Part shown: positions 40,098 to 49,621 of the stretch, piece by piece | How positions within the stretch are numbered: the stretch's first letter is position 1 | How the letters are laid out: every line of letters begins with the position of its first letter | Assembly (NCBI GenBank): GCA_002780005.1 | Contig: PEWV01000071.1 | Location: 2,188 to 66,187, forward strand | DNA: 64,000 bases | Direction of reading: 5' to 3' | DNA from: Candidatus Aquitaenariimonas noxiae | GTDB lineage: Bacteria; Omnitrophota; Gorgyraeia; Aquitaenariimonadales; Aquitaenariimonadaceae | The notes under the pieces: model-generated | The model's database searches: none | Told to the model about the DNA's origin: nothing | Seen by the model: the letters and a program-made list of their open reading frames with translations, nothing else | Translations under genes and position numbers: made by a program

Positions 40098-41318
40098 ATG
40101 GCTCGAAGAATATTGTTTATAGTGCCGGCCGATTACGATTCGCTCAAGAAAAAAGGCGTTGCTGATATGATTTTGGAACGCGACGAAAATGGCTTTTTTG
40201 AGAAGGTGATAACGGTTCACCCATTCGTAAAGAAATCAAAAGTAATCCGTTTAAACAATATTCATACTATATATGAGATCGGCTACGATTTGCCAGGTTC
40301 CAACTTTCTAACAAAAATTTTGACGAGGCTCCTTCTGCCTGCCCACACCTTAAAGCTCCTATTTATTATTCGTCGCATAATAAAGACCGAACAAATTAAC
40401 ATAATTCGGTCAACAGACCCTTTTTTCTGCGGAGTGTTAGCGCTTATTACGAGTAGAGTTTCGCGCATCCCGTATTGTATTTCAATACACGCCGATTATA
40501 GTAAGCGGTATGAATTGGCTGGTATAAAAAATATTCATGGAATAAGCTTGCCTCCAAAGTTAATTTATTTTATTACTAAATTAGTTCTATCAAAAGCGAG
40601 CTTAGTTATGCCTATAAGAGAATCTTTGGTCAGTTGGGCTGTTAATAGTGGAGCGGACGAAAAAAAAGTTTTTACCATACCTCACGGCATAGACTTCTTA
40701 GCCCTGGAAAAGGGTAATGATATTGATATATTTGACGCTTTTAAAATTCCCAAAAACAAAAAAATTATTAGCTTTGTCGGAAGGCTATCTAAAGAAAATT
40801 ATGTATACGATATAATAGAAGTGGTTAAGAAGGTTTCCAGAAAGCGCAATAATTTTGTTTTGCTCATGGCAGGGGATGGGGCAGAGAAGGAAAATTTAAA
40901 GAATATCATTAAAAATGACAGGATCTTATGCAATAATATTAAAATTTTAGATTTTCAGCCGAGGGATATTTGTTATCGTTTGAGAAAGGCTTCTGCGGTT
41001 TCATTATGTCTGATGGGCGGTTTTAGCTTGATAGAAGCATGCGCTGCAGCTTCACCAGTAATTTCTTATGATGTAGAATGGCATTATGAATTAATCAAAG
41101 ACGGGGTTACCGGATTTTTGATATCTGAGGGGAACATAGAAAAAGTTGCAGAAAAAATAATATTTTTATTCAATAATCCTGAAATAGCACGGGATGTGGG
41201 CAAGGCGGCGTACCAACTTGTTTACGAGAAGCACAGTATAGCGCAAACATCTTTGGTGAAGAAAAAAATTTATTCGGAGTTGCTCCATAAGGAGGTAAGC
41301 TATGGACAGTTTGTTTGA
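40098..41318 (+). CDS. Glycosyltransferase family 4 (GT-B, retaining)
   Basis: C-terminal GT4 domain with ISFVGRLSKENY .. E(x7)E-like region (SLIEACAAASPVISYDVEWHYELIKDGVTGFL). Confidence 0.7.
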   Translation: MARRILFIVPADYDSLKKKGVADMILERDENGFFEKVITVHPFVKKSKVIRLNNIHTIYEIGYDLPGSNFLTKILTRLLLPAHTLKLLFIIRRIIKTEQINIIRSTDPFFCGVLALITSRVSRIPYCISIHADYSKRYELAGIKNIHGISLPPKLIYFITKLVLSKASLVMPIRESLVSWAVNSGADEKKVFTIPHGIDFLALEKGNDIDIFDAFKIPKNKKIISFVGRLSKENYVYDIIEVVKKVSRKRNNFVLLMAGDGAEKENLKNIIKNDRILCNNIKILDFQPRDICYRLRKASAVSLCLMGGFSLIEACAAASPVISYDVEWHYELIKDGVTGFLISEGNIEKVAEKIIFLFNNPEIARDVGKAAYQLVYEKHSIAQTSLVKKKIYSELLHKEVSYGQFV

Positions 41319-42096
41319 AAGTAAGGTTGAAGCATTTTGCCGATCGACATCTGATATTGTCGGGTCCGAGTATTTTAGGACAAGAAAGCTAGAATTTGAA
41401 TTGCTAAGAATGCTAGCAAGGTCTTTCGCTTCAAACAGGTTTACTAATGTACTTGAATTGGGATGCGGAATTGGTTTTAAAGCATTATTGATGAGCCAAT
41501 ATGTAGCACATATTGATGCAGTCGATATTGATACAGCCTACCACGGGTTTAAAAGTTCAAAAAAATCATCCGATATCGCAAGGGCAGCTTTTGAGAATAT
41601 CGGGATTAAGAATATCGATATTTTTTCTACTGATTATGCGAAGTTTCTTAATGAGCATGTAAATACATATGAATTGATCTATTCTGATTACTTGCTTGAG
41701 CATATCCCCAATATAACAGAACTCTGTAGATATATGTACTTGGGCCTTGTGCCTGGAGGGAAGATGTTGCATATTGTTCCCAACACTCACGATGCGCTTA
41801 TTCAATTCTCAAAAGAAAATTTGCAGCCTTTTTTAGTTGCCATGGCACGTGTGATGAAGGGGTATTTTAATTCTGCCTTTGGTTCTTTGCGCAGAAGGCC
41901 AAAGCGGATGTTTAACGGCGTTTTTGTGCCTATTACGCATTCCGAATTTATTCATGACTATGCGCAGCAATTTGAAGTATATCGCATTGAAAATTATTTA
42001 TTTCCTATGATCGAAGCGGGATTCGAGATAGTTCAGATATTGCCATTACGCGAGCACAGTTGCGCCATATTTGCACAAAAACCGGCTATGCGTTGA
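41302..42096 (+). CDS. Class I SAM-dependent methyltransferase
   Basis: SAM motif I VLELGCGIGFKAL and motif II AVDID. Confidence 0.65.
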   Translation: MDSLFESKVEAFCRSTSDIVGSEYFRTRKLEFELLRMLARSFASNRFTNVLELGCGIGFKALLMSQYVAHIDAVDIDTAYHGFKSSKKSSDIARAAFENIGIKNIDIFSTDYAKFLNEHVNTYELIYSDYLLEHIPNITELCRYMYLGLVPGGKMLHIVPNTHDALIQFSKENLQPFLVAMARVMKGYFNSAFGSLRRRPKRMFNGVFVPITHSEFIHDYAQQFEVYRIENYLFPMIEAGFEIVQILPLREHSCAIFAQKPAMR

Positions 42097-42191
42097 ATTT
42101 GAAATACTTTTGAGAAAAACAAGATTTTAGCAAAAGAAAGCAATATTGAGAAAGCGACCGAGGCGTGTGTTTTTTATTTAACCATCGAAAG

Positions 42192-43025
42192 ATGTCTAAA
42201 GAAATGGGAAACAATACAAAAAAGATCACACGGGCGAAAGATCCTGCCTCTGAGATAAAATTGAATAATAAATGGTATATAGACGGCCACTTTTGCCAAT
42301 TGGAAGATAGGGCTTCCGCTGGGGTTATTCTTAAACGATGGAGAAACTTTGAAAATGCGTTAAACTTATGGCTAATAGACGATAAAACCAACCATAACAA
42401 CCAGCGGATTAATATTTTAGATGCCGGATGCGGGGATGGTGTGAATTTAATTTTTTTTGATAGCTTCATTAAAAGATCGAGCCTGGATGCGGTTTTGTTC
42501 GGCACCGATTACAATTTGCTGCGTTTAAAAAGGGCCAAAGATAAATTCGCAGGTGTGCGTTTCGTAAATTCTCTTATCAAGGATTCTCCGTTTCCGGATA
42601 AATATTTCGATATAGTCCTGCTAAATCATGTTTTGGAGCACATACCCGACGATGAGGAAGCTCTTAATGAACTTTCTAGAATTATAAAAACTGCCGGGCT
42701 TTTGCTGCTATGCGTTCCTAATGAAGGGTGTATGATGGCAAACATTAGAAATAAGTTTTTGCAAAGAAGCATACTTACTACAACTGACCATGTCAATTTC
42801 TACAATGAATTGATATTAAAGGAAAAAGTTAAAAAGTCGAATTTCGAAGTTTTATTTTTATTTAAAGAAGGTTTTTTCTTTCCCCATTTAAGAATAAGCC
42901 GTTTTTTTAATTTGGTTTATGGCGGTAATTTTATCATAAATATTTTGCATTTTTTGTTCCCTTCGCAATCTACTGAATTATTTTTTGTTTTACAAAAACG
43001 CAGCATAAAACACTATGATAAATAA
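42192..43025 (+). CDS. Class I SAM-dependent methyltransferase
   Basis: ILDAGCGDGVNL motif I and VLLNHVLEHIPD post-I motifs. Alternative upstream start at 42165. Confidence 0.65.
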   Translation: MSKEMGNNTKKITRAKDPASEIKLNNKWYIDGHFCQLEDRASAGVILKRWRNFENALNLWLIDDKTNHNNQRINILDAGCGDGVNLIFFDSFIKRSSLDAVLFGTDYNLLRLKRAKDKFAGVRFVNSLIKDSPFPDKYFDIVLLNHVLEHIPDDEEALNELSRIIKTAGLLLLCVPNEGCMMANIRNKFLQRSILTTTDHVNFYNELILKEKVKKSNFEVLFLFKEGFFFPHLRISRFFNLVYGGNFIINILHFLFPSQSTELFFVLQKRSIKHYDK

Positions 43026-44559
43026 AATCGCAGTTTTGGCAAATAATATCGGCAGTTTTACAGGGCTAACAAACTTTTTACGAAGGATGGGGGCGGGGTT
43101 CGCTTGTTCTAATAAATTGGCAAACCTCAATCTCGATGGTTTTGACATACTTTTTATCGCTGGTAATTTTATATTTAAGGATTCAGAAATTAAAAACTTA
43201 AAACATTGGGCTGAAAAGGATTCGAATAGAAAAATTATTATAAGCGAGTATTCTAATATTATCAGCGATGTTTTTGATTCCCCTGTTTCATTAGAAAAAC
43301 CAGAAAGTCCCTATTGGCCTCTTTCAATCGATTTTAAAGGAAAAAAAGCGCTAGTTTCTTTTCCGAAGTATTCGTGTCTAAAATTTGAAAATAACCAAGA
43401 CTTGAAGTACATCAAGAAACATCGTCTTTTTATTACTAAAGGTGACTTTTTAAGACCTGAGTTCTCAATATTCGATAAAAACGGAGCCGAATTCCTTATT
43501 TATCAATTTAAAAATTATATAGCACTCACTGTGCCGGTATTTAAAATATTGGGGGATATTTTTCTAGGGCAAATGAGTATTGAAAATTTTAAAAACTGGC
43601 AGAACCCTTTATTCTGCCTAGATGAATTTATCCTTAATCTTAAAGAAATCATAGAAGATGCGCTCGGTACAAAAATTAATGTTGACACCAATGCTATTTC
43701 TGATAATGACCATAGGGGGACAATAGTATTGAGGCATGACGTAGATTCATCAAGAGACATCTCATATCTGGAATATGAATTAGAAAATAAAATCCCTGCT
43801 ACTTATGCGCTATTAGTGGATAAAAATACAAAATTTTGGCTGTCTAAATTAAGGAATAAGCCGGATATTGAGATATCCTTTCATTACAATACAGTTGATG
43901 AGGGTTCTATTTTTACTAAAATAGCAAACCGTTCATTTAAAAACGAATCGCAATACAAGCCTTTTATAAAAGGCATTACCGGTTCAGGATTATACAGGCA
44001 ATATCTGAAAGCAAAAAGCAGCGGAATTTATGCTGAGACTCTGAATAGGCATGGCCCGTTTATTGTCTTGCCTGATTTTTATGATGCCATGGAATACCTT
44101 TGCAGGAGAGAACCTGCTGTTTTGGGCGGTGGGAGCCTGTTTCGGGGAATAATATTAGAAAAAAAAGGGGGGGGCCAGGTTTATGCTAATGGTCTTGGTG
44201 GAATATTCCCGGAGACATTCATGCCTTATTGGTATCCTATAAAAGCCTTTTTGAAATCAGGGAATTCCATAGAGCGATCCAAATTTTGGGAATCTACACA
44301 TTTAATGGAAACTGATCCTGCGTTAATTGACCTTTTATTGGAAAATAAGGACTCCTGCGTTAATAAGCCAGTATATTCATTTGGGTTCCATCCGGCGCAT
44401 GCCAGAAGCGGGACATTCAGTAAAAATGGCTGCTTTCCTTGGTTTGAATACCTTATTAAAAAGGCTAGGAGCTTGGATTTTGAGTTTTTGACATTGGTAC
44501 AGCTGTATAGAAGAATGAACGAATGGGAAAAATCAAATGTTAAATACATCCTTGATTGA
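43015..44559 (+). CDS. Hypothetical two-domain protein: N-terminal flavodoxin/GATase1-like region and C-terminal NodB-fold (ArnD-like polysaccharide deacetylase/deformylase) region. Contains an A8G8 homopolymer.
   Basis: C-terminal half has TIVLRHDVDS, reminiscent of the ArnD GLRIDVDT metal-binding motif, and a downstream FHYN His motif. No confident family match for the N-terminal half. Confidence 0.4.
   Translation: MINKIAVLANNIGSFTGLTNFLRRMGAGFACSNKLANLNLDGFDILFIAGNFIFKDSEIKNLKHWAEKDSNRKIIISEYSNIISDVFDSPVSLEKPESPYWPLSIDFKGKKALVSFPKYSCLKFENNQDLKYIKKHRLFITKGDFLRPEFSIFDKNGAEFLIYQFKNYIALTVPVFKILGDIFLGQMSIENFKNWQNPLFCLDEFILNLKEIIEDALGTKINVDTNAISDNDHRGTIVLRHDVDSSRDISYLEYELENKIPATYALLVDKNTKFWLSKLRNKPDIEISFHYNTVDEGSIFTKIANRSFKNESQYKPFIKGITGSGLYRQYLKAKSSGIYAETLNRHGPFIVLPDFYDAMEYLCRREPAVLGGGSLFRGIILEKKGGGQVYANGLGGIFPETFMPYWYPIKAFLKSGNSIERSKFWESTHLMETDPALIDLLLENKDSCVNKPVYSFGFHPAHARSGTFSKNGCFPWFEYLIKKARSLDFEFLTLVQLYRRMNEWEKSNVKYILD
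44159..44174 (+). repeat. Homopolymeric tract A8G8 inside a coding sequence (candidate slipped-strand phase-variation site)
   Basis: Sequence gaaaaaaaagggggggg cc encoding EKKGGGQ. It is the only G8 run seen in this AT-rich window. Confidence 0.7.
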
Positions 44560-45460
44560 GGTTCTTGAGTGTCCCTCTTGCAAGGGAAACTTAACCATTA
44601 ATGATGCTGCGATTTCTTGCTGCCGTTGCGGCGAATCTTTCTTATTATCGAAGAATGTTGTTGATTTTCGAAATAAAAATATTTCAAACTCAAATAAAAT
44701 AGGACATCGTTTTAATGCAAAGGAAATAAATAAATACGGCAGATTTCTCTTAAATCCTGTAAGTTCTCCTTTTTCTCCGTTAACATTGATCACAAAATAT
44801 AGAATAACCAAATATTATAAAGATATTTTGGGTTCAGAAACTAGGGCTTCGAAATTTTTTAACTATTATCTCGAGAAAGCTGATTTGCAAAAAAACGATA
44901 TTGTATTAGATTATGGTTGCGGTAAAGGAAGAATATCAGCAATGATGAGCCTATTAGGTTTCAGGGTGATAGGCTGTGATATTTTTGAGGACGCTTTTAG
45001 ATATCAGATCAAGAACAGCCTTTTTTATCTTCAAAACCCCCAGGTATCTTTTTATATAAAAAATGAAAGTATTAACTTGGCTATCGACTATTTAGTTATT
45101 AATAATATTCCAGAATTGGAATTGGAAAATTACCTCGCAGCAATTCAGAGTAAATTAAAAGAAAAAGGTTATTTCCTGTTGGTTTCAGCGAATCCTAAAT
45201 CTTACGGCGCGCATATTTTTTATAAATATACTTCCACGGTATTTTCTCCGGAATTAATCCTGAGCCATCTTCGAAAACTAAAGTTTAAAATCAATATTTT
45301 CCGTTACGATACTTTTTATGCTCCATTTTTTCCTTTACTGATCAATTGGTTTAGACTGGTTTTAAGAAAAGAATTTGAAATGTTTGATTACAATTCAAGA
45401 TTGGCGTCATTAATAAATCCGGAAAAGAGAGGAGTTTTTGTAATTTTAGCACAGAAATAA
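44537..45460 (+). CDS. Trm112-like zinc-ribbon fused to a class I SAM-dependent methyltransferase
   Basis: N-terminus LIEVLECPSCKGNLTI..CCRCGESF is Trm112-like. Motif I VLDYGCGKGRISA. Confidence 0.65.
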   Translation: MLNTSLIEVLECPSCKGNLTINDAAISCCRCGESFLLSKNVVDFRNKNISNSNKIGHRFNAKEINKYGRFLLNPVSSPFSPLTLITKYRITKYYKDILGSETRASKFFNYYLEKADLQKNDIVLDYGCGKGRISAMMSLLGFRVIGCDIFEDAFRYQIKNSLFYLQNPQVSFYIKNESINLAIDYLVINNIPELELENYLAAIQSKLKEKGYFLLVSANPKSYGAHIFYKYTSTVFSPELILSHLRKLKFKINIFRYDTFYAPFFPLLINWFRLVLRKEFEMFDYNSRLASLINPEKRGVFVILAQK

Positions 45461-45462
45461 AA

Positions 45463-46947
45463 ATGGAATCGAAGAAAGATATTAACAAAATTTTCTCGGA
45501 TTATACGATAATGCTGGCTAATAAATATTTTTTTATAGTATTAGCAGTGGCTTCCTCTGTATTGCTTACAAGAACACTCGGGCAAGGCGGGTTTGGGCAG
45601 TTCAGCCTTTTTATGATGGTAGCAAATATTATTTTTATAACGTTTATTAGCTGGAGTTCAAACTCTGTATTACGCTTCGGGAAAGAAGAGTTTATAAGAG
45701 AGGGGAAGTTAAATAAAGTTTTCTGGGCCAGGAATATTATAATATTTTGGGTCCTTTTGATTTCATTCACTACGATTTTCATATTAAGGGCAAATATATG
45801 TGCCTATCTCCAAATTAAATTTGCTTATATATACGTACTTCTCTATATACTGATTTTTTGTTCTTTGGATTATATCAGTTATATATTTCAAGCCGTAAGA
45901 AAGCTAAGGCTATATTCTTTTATCGAAGTGCTCAATAAATTTCTTTTTCTAGTATTTTTACTGGTATTTTTGGTGTTGGGTAAAAGTAAAGTCCCGTATA
46001 TACTGTGCGCCCTTGTAGTTTCGCAGCTCTTGACTTTTATAATTTTTATAAGATACATTAATTTTGATTGGTTATTCCCGATAGTTTTTGATAAAAAATC
46101 GTTAAAGGAAATTTTTACATTTTCTTATCCTCTGATATTAAGTTCAATATCGGCGTATATTGTTAATTATATCGATATTATCGTTATAAAAAAATACCTT
46201 CTGTTTTCAGATGTCGGCATTTATTCTTTGTCGTATAATATAATGAATTATTTTCAGCAGGTCATTATGATAGTAATTTCCGTCACCGGTCCTATATTGA
46301 TAAGTCTTCTTACCGAGAATAAAAAGGAAATCGTAAAATTGTATATTACCAGAATAGTGCCTCAGGGTATATTTTTTTGGTCTATGTTTTTGACGTTATC
46401 CATACTAGCTATGCCATATATAATACCGCTTATTTTTGGATGGGGGTTCAAGGGTAGCGTGACCCCGTCTTTAATACTGCTCTTGGGTCTTGTTTATAAC
46501 GGAATAGCCTGTTTTTATTCAGGGATCCTCAGCTCATATAAATTAATAAAAGAAATTGTGATTGTCAACATAGCGATGGCCCTAATCAATCTGGCGGGAG
46601 ACTTTCTGCTTGTCCCCATAATTGGTATTAATGGTGCCGCCATATCTTCTGCTGTGATTTATTCGTTGGGCGCTTGCGGATATATGCTCGTAGGGAACAG
46701 AATACTTGGCTTGAAAGAGTATAAAGCCCTTATTTTTTTAATTCCTGCGGCGCTCATTTTGCTTGCCAGCATTTTTAAATTCAACATTGTAGCTTCTTCT
46801 TTGATCGCGGCTTTTCTATATTATCTATTTTTGACCCGACTTAAGATATTCCGGGTTTCTGACCTTGAATTTCTAGGTCATATCGATATGCCTTTATTTG
46901 TCCGTAATGCTTTAATTAAAACATACAAATTTTTGGATAAATCATAG
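45463..46947 (+). CDS. Oligosaccharide flippase (Wzx-type, MOP/polysaccharide biosynthesis protein family)
   Basis: About 12-14 predicted TM helices across 494 aa, with the length and hydropathy pattern typical of Wzx. Family assignment rests on hydropathy and context. Confidence 0.6.
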   Translation: MESKKDINKIFSDYTIMLANKYFFIVLAVASSVLLTRTLGQGGFGQFSLFMMVANIIFITFISWSSNSVLRFGKEEFIREGKLNKVFWARNIIIFWVLLISFTTIFILRANICAYLQIKFAYIYVLLYILIFCSLDYISYIFQAVRKLRLYSFIEVLNKFLFLVFLLVFLVLGKSKVPYILCALVVSQLLTFIIFIRYINFDWLFPIVFDKKSLKEIFTFSYPLILSSISAYIVNYIDIIVIKKYLLFSDVGIYSLSYNIMNYFQQVIMIVISVTGPILISLLTENKKEIVKLYITRIVPQGIFFWSMFLTLSILAMPYIIPLIFGWGFKGSVTPSLILLLGLVYNGIACFYSGILSSYKLIKEIVIVNIAMALINLAGDFLLVPIIGINGAAISSAVIYSLGACGYMLVGNRILGLKEYKALIFLIPAALILLASIFKFNIVASSLIAAFLYYLFLTRLKIFRVSDLEFLGHIDMPLFVRNALIKTYKFLDKS

Positions 46948-46960
46948 AATTTAATCATTT

Positions 46961-48451
46961 ATGCCTATTTTAATTATATTTTCGCTAATACTGGTAATTA
47001 CATTACTCCTTAGGGTTGTTCCAATTATGCTTTCTAAAGGCAGCTCGGGTGCAGACCATTGGTTTTGGAAGGCCTATATTGAAAAATATGCTCAAGAGAA
47101 GAAATTCCCTCCGGATTTGCCTCAGTATATGCTTGACCTGAAGCAATGGTATCCTCCAATATTTCCGCTTATCATGATACGGCTACCGAAACTGATTCTC
47201 AATAAATATGGCTATTATATTCCTATTTTTATAGACTTAGTTAGGGTCTTCTTACTTTTAAGCATACTTTCTCTGCTCTCTAAAGGTAATAAGTCAGCAA
47301 TTCTTACTTCAGGCATTATCTATGCAACCACCCCCATTCTAGTTTCATATAATATGCAGCTTAATCCCAGAGGCCTTGGGGCATTGTTTTTGGACTGTGT
47401 TATTATTCTTGTGGCCGGGTTATATATTTTTGAATGCAGCACTTGGATTTGGTTTATTATTTTAATATTTTCAGGTCTGATTTTGCTCACACACAAGATG
47501 ACGACACAGTTATTCTGGATTATTTGTATTTTCCTGGGTTTTTATTTTCATGATTGGAAGTTGTTTATGATAATTCCCGGGTCAGTTTTGAGTGCACTAC
47601 TTTTGAGCCGAGGTTTTTATTGGAAAGTGCTACAGGCTCATTTTGATATTGTTTCGTTCTGGAATAGAAACTGGAAATGGCTTCAAGCTAACCCCGTAAA
47701 AGAATCTCCTATTTATGGTGATTTTAATTACGATACCCAAACTAAATTCTATAAGAGGGGAGCTAAAGGCTTTTTGCGGCATCTAAGTTATTTTTTCGGG
47801 TATTCACCGGCATTATGGATAACCATAGTTGCTGTCATTCCCGTAGTTTTGCTTAAAATGCTTGAAACCGATAGTCTTATTTCTTTTGCGTATGCTATCT
47901 TAAGTTTGACAGTTGTATTTGCCGTATGCACTGTTTTTGTACCCTTTCTAAAATGTCTTGGAGCCGGCTACTACTACCTTTACAACACTGCTCTTTTGTT
48001 GGCATTTTTATGGGGTTCTATAATAATGCAGAATCAGAAAAATCCTTTAGCTTGGCTTGCTTGCTTTATTTGTTTAGGATTCAATCTAATTTCTTTATTT
48101 CTCTTTTATACTAAGATTGAAGGGGAGGGAAGGAAAGACGTCAATCTTGACAAAATGATAGCTTTTATCAGGACATTGCCTTATGGTCCGATTATTTGCT
48201 TACCTCCGCAATGGTATGATGCTGTTGCATATAAGACAAGCTATCCTGTTCTATTCGGAGGGCATGGTTATGGCTTTAAATTATTAGAGCCTACATTTCC
48301 AAGAATACTTGAGCCTATCAACACTCTGGTAAACAGGTATGGAGTTAAATATATTCTTACCTTAGAGGGATACCTGACCGAAAAATTTTTGCATGATATT
48401 AAATACTTTAAAATAGAGAGTATCGGAAAATGCAGGCTTTTTGTCCTTTGA
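46961..48451 (+). CDS. Polytopic membrane protein with C-terminal soluble domain (candidate GT-C-fold glycosyltransferase or polymerase)
   Basis: About 10 TM segments. Acidic/aromatic loop motif GADHWFWKAYIE after TM1, reminiscent of GT-C first-loop motifs. 100-aa C-terminal globular region. No confident family match. Confidence 0.4.
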   Translation: MPILIIFSLILVITLLLRVVPIMLSKGSSGADHWFWKAYIEKYAQEKKFPPDLPQYMLDLKQWYPPIFPLIMIRLPKLILNKYGYYIPIFIDLVRVFLLLSILSLLSKGNKSAILTSGIIYATTPILVSYNMQLNPRGLGALFLDCVIILVAGLYIFECSTWIWFIILIFSGLILLTHKMTTQLFWIICIFLGFYFHDWKLFMIIPGSVLSALLLSRGFYWKVLQAHFDIVSFWNRNWKWLQANPVKESPIYGDFNYDTQTKFYKRGAKGFLRHLSYFFGYSPALWITIVAVIPVVLLKMLETDSLISFAYAILSLTVVFAVCTVFVPFLKCLGAGYYYLYNTALLLAFLWGSIIMQNQKNPLAWLACFICLGFNLISLFLFYTKIEGEGRKDVNLDKMIAFIRTLPYGPIICLPPQWYDAVAYKTSYPVLFGGHGYGFKLLEPTFPRILEPINTLVNRYGVKYILTLEGYLTEKFLHDIKYFKIESIGKCRLFVL

Positions 48452-49613
48452 ATACAATAAAATGACAAATCGTATTAAAATTCTTCATCTTATTACTGAT
48501 TTAGACACAGGGGGGGCTGAAACAATGCTTTATAGGCTTTTATCTAAGTCTAGCCCGGCTTATGAAAATGTTGTAATTTCTATGACTGATAAAGGAATTA
48601 TCGGGTCACGAGTAGAATCACTAGGGATTAAGGTGCATGCGCTGAATACTCGCAAAGGCATCCCCGACTTATTCGCTTTCTCAAAATTATTACGAATATT
48701 ACGTAAGGAGAAGCCGCAAGTCCTTCAAACTTGGCTTTATCATGCGGATCTATTTGGCCTGCTTGCCGCAAAAATTGCGAGAATAAAGATAATTGCATGG
48801 AATATCCGCTGTTCCTGCGTTGACACCAGAAAATATTCTCTAGGAAAGAGGCTAATACTAAAACTTTTGATAAAGCTATCAAATTTACCTACGGTTGTAA
48901 TAGCAAATGCAAAGGCAGGGATGGATGTCCACAAGAAAATTGGTTATAGGGCACGCCGTTGGGAAATAATTAATAATGGATTTGACATAGATTTTTTTAA
49001 TCCCAAGTTTCTTAAGAAAAACGAACTCAAAAAGAAATTTTTTGGTGATGCCAATTTTACATTAATTGGTTCGGTTGCCCGTTTTGATGAGTTAAAGGAT
49101 CATAAAAATTTATTAAGGGCAATAAAAGTCTTTGTCGATAAATATGCTGCTGCAGATAACGTTAAATTCGCCCTTGTTGGTTCAGGGACTAATGATAATC
49201 CGTTTTTGCAGGGATTAATTAAAACAATGGGTACAGAAAGTAAAGTTATGACTTTGGGCGAAAGGAACGATATCCCCGACATAATGTCAAGTTTTGATAT
49301 TTATTGTTCTTCTTCTTCTAGCGAAGGGTTCCCCAACACTATCGGAGAATCAATGGCTTGCGGCGTGCCCTGTGTCGCTACAGATGCAGGCGATTCCGCA
49401 TTTTTGATCGATACGACAGGAATTATTGTGCCTATAAAAGATCCCGCAGCTTTAGCTGCTGCATGGCATGAAATGATATCAATCGGTGAGGAGGGCAGGC
49501 AAAAGTTAGGGATTCTTGCCAGAAAAAGGATTGAGACCGATTTTTCAATAAGTAAAATTGCACGTCAATATGAAACGTTGTATAGCGATTTGATAAATAA
49601 CCTTAATAGCTAA
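48441..49613 (+). CDS. Glycosyltransferase family 4
   Basis: N-terminal ILHLITDLDTGGAE, as in PimA/WbuB-like GT4 enzymes. C-terminal EGFPNTIGESMACGVPCVATD EX7E motif. Likely start at ATG 48462. Confidence 0.75.
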   Translation: MSFEYNKMTNRIKILHLITDLDTGGAETMLYRLLSKSSPAYENVVISMTDKGIIGSRVESLGIKVHALNTRKGIPDLFAFSKLLRILRKEKPQVLQTWLYHADLFGLLAAKIARIKIIAWNIRCSCVDTRKYSLGKRLILKLLIKLSNLPTVVIANAKAGMDVHKKIGYRARRWEIINNGFDIDFFNPKFLKKNELKKKFFGDANFTLIGSVARFDELKDHKNLLRAIKVFVDKYAAADNVKFALVGSGTNDNPFLQGLIKTMGTESKVMTLGERNDIPDIMSSFDIYCSSSSSEGFPNTIGESMACGVPCVATDAGDSAFLIDTTGIIVPIKDPAALAAAWHEMISIGEEGRQKLGILARKRIETDFSISKIARQYETLYSDLINNLNS

Positions 49614-49621
49614 TTACGCAT

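Noticed and set aside
47926-48114. 62-aa + strand ORF inside the 46961 membrane-protein gene
   Set aside because: It is in a different frame inside a long continuous hydrophobic ORF. There is no independent evidence such as an RBS or conservation.
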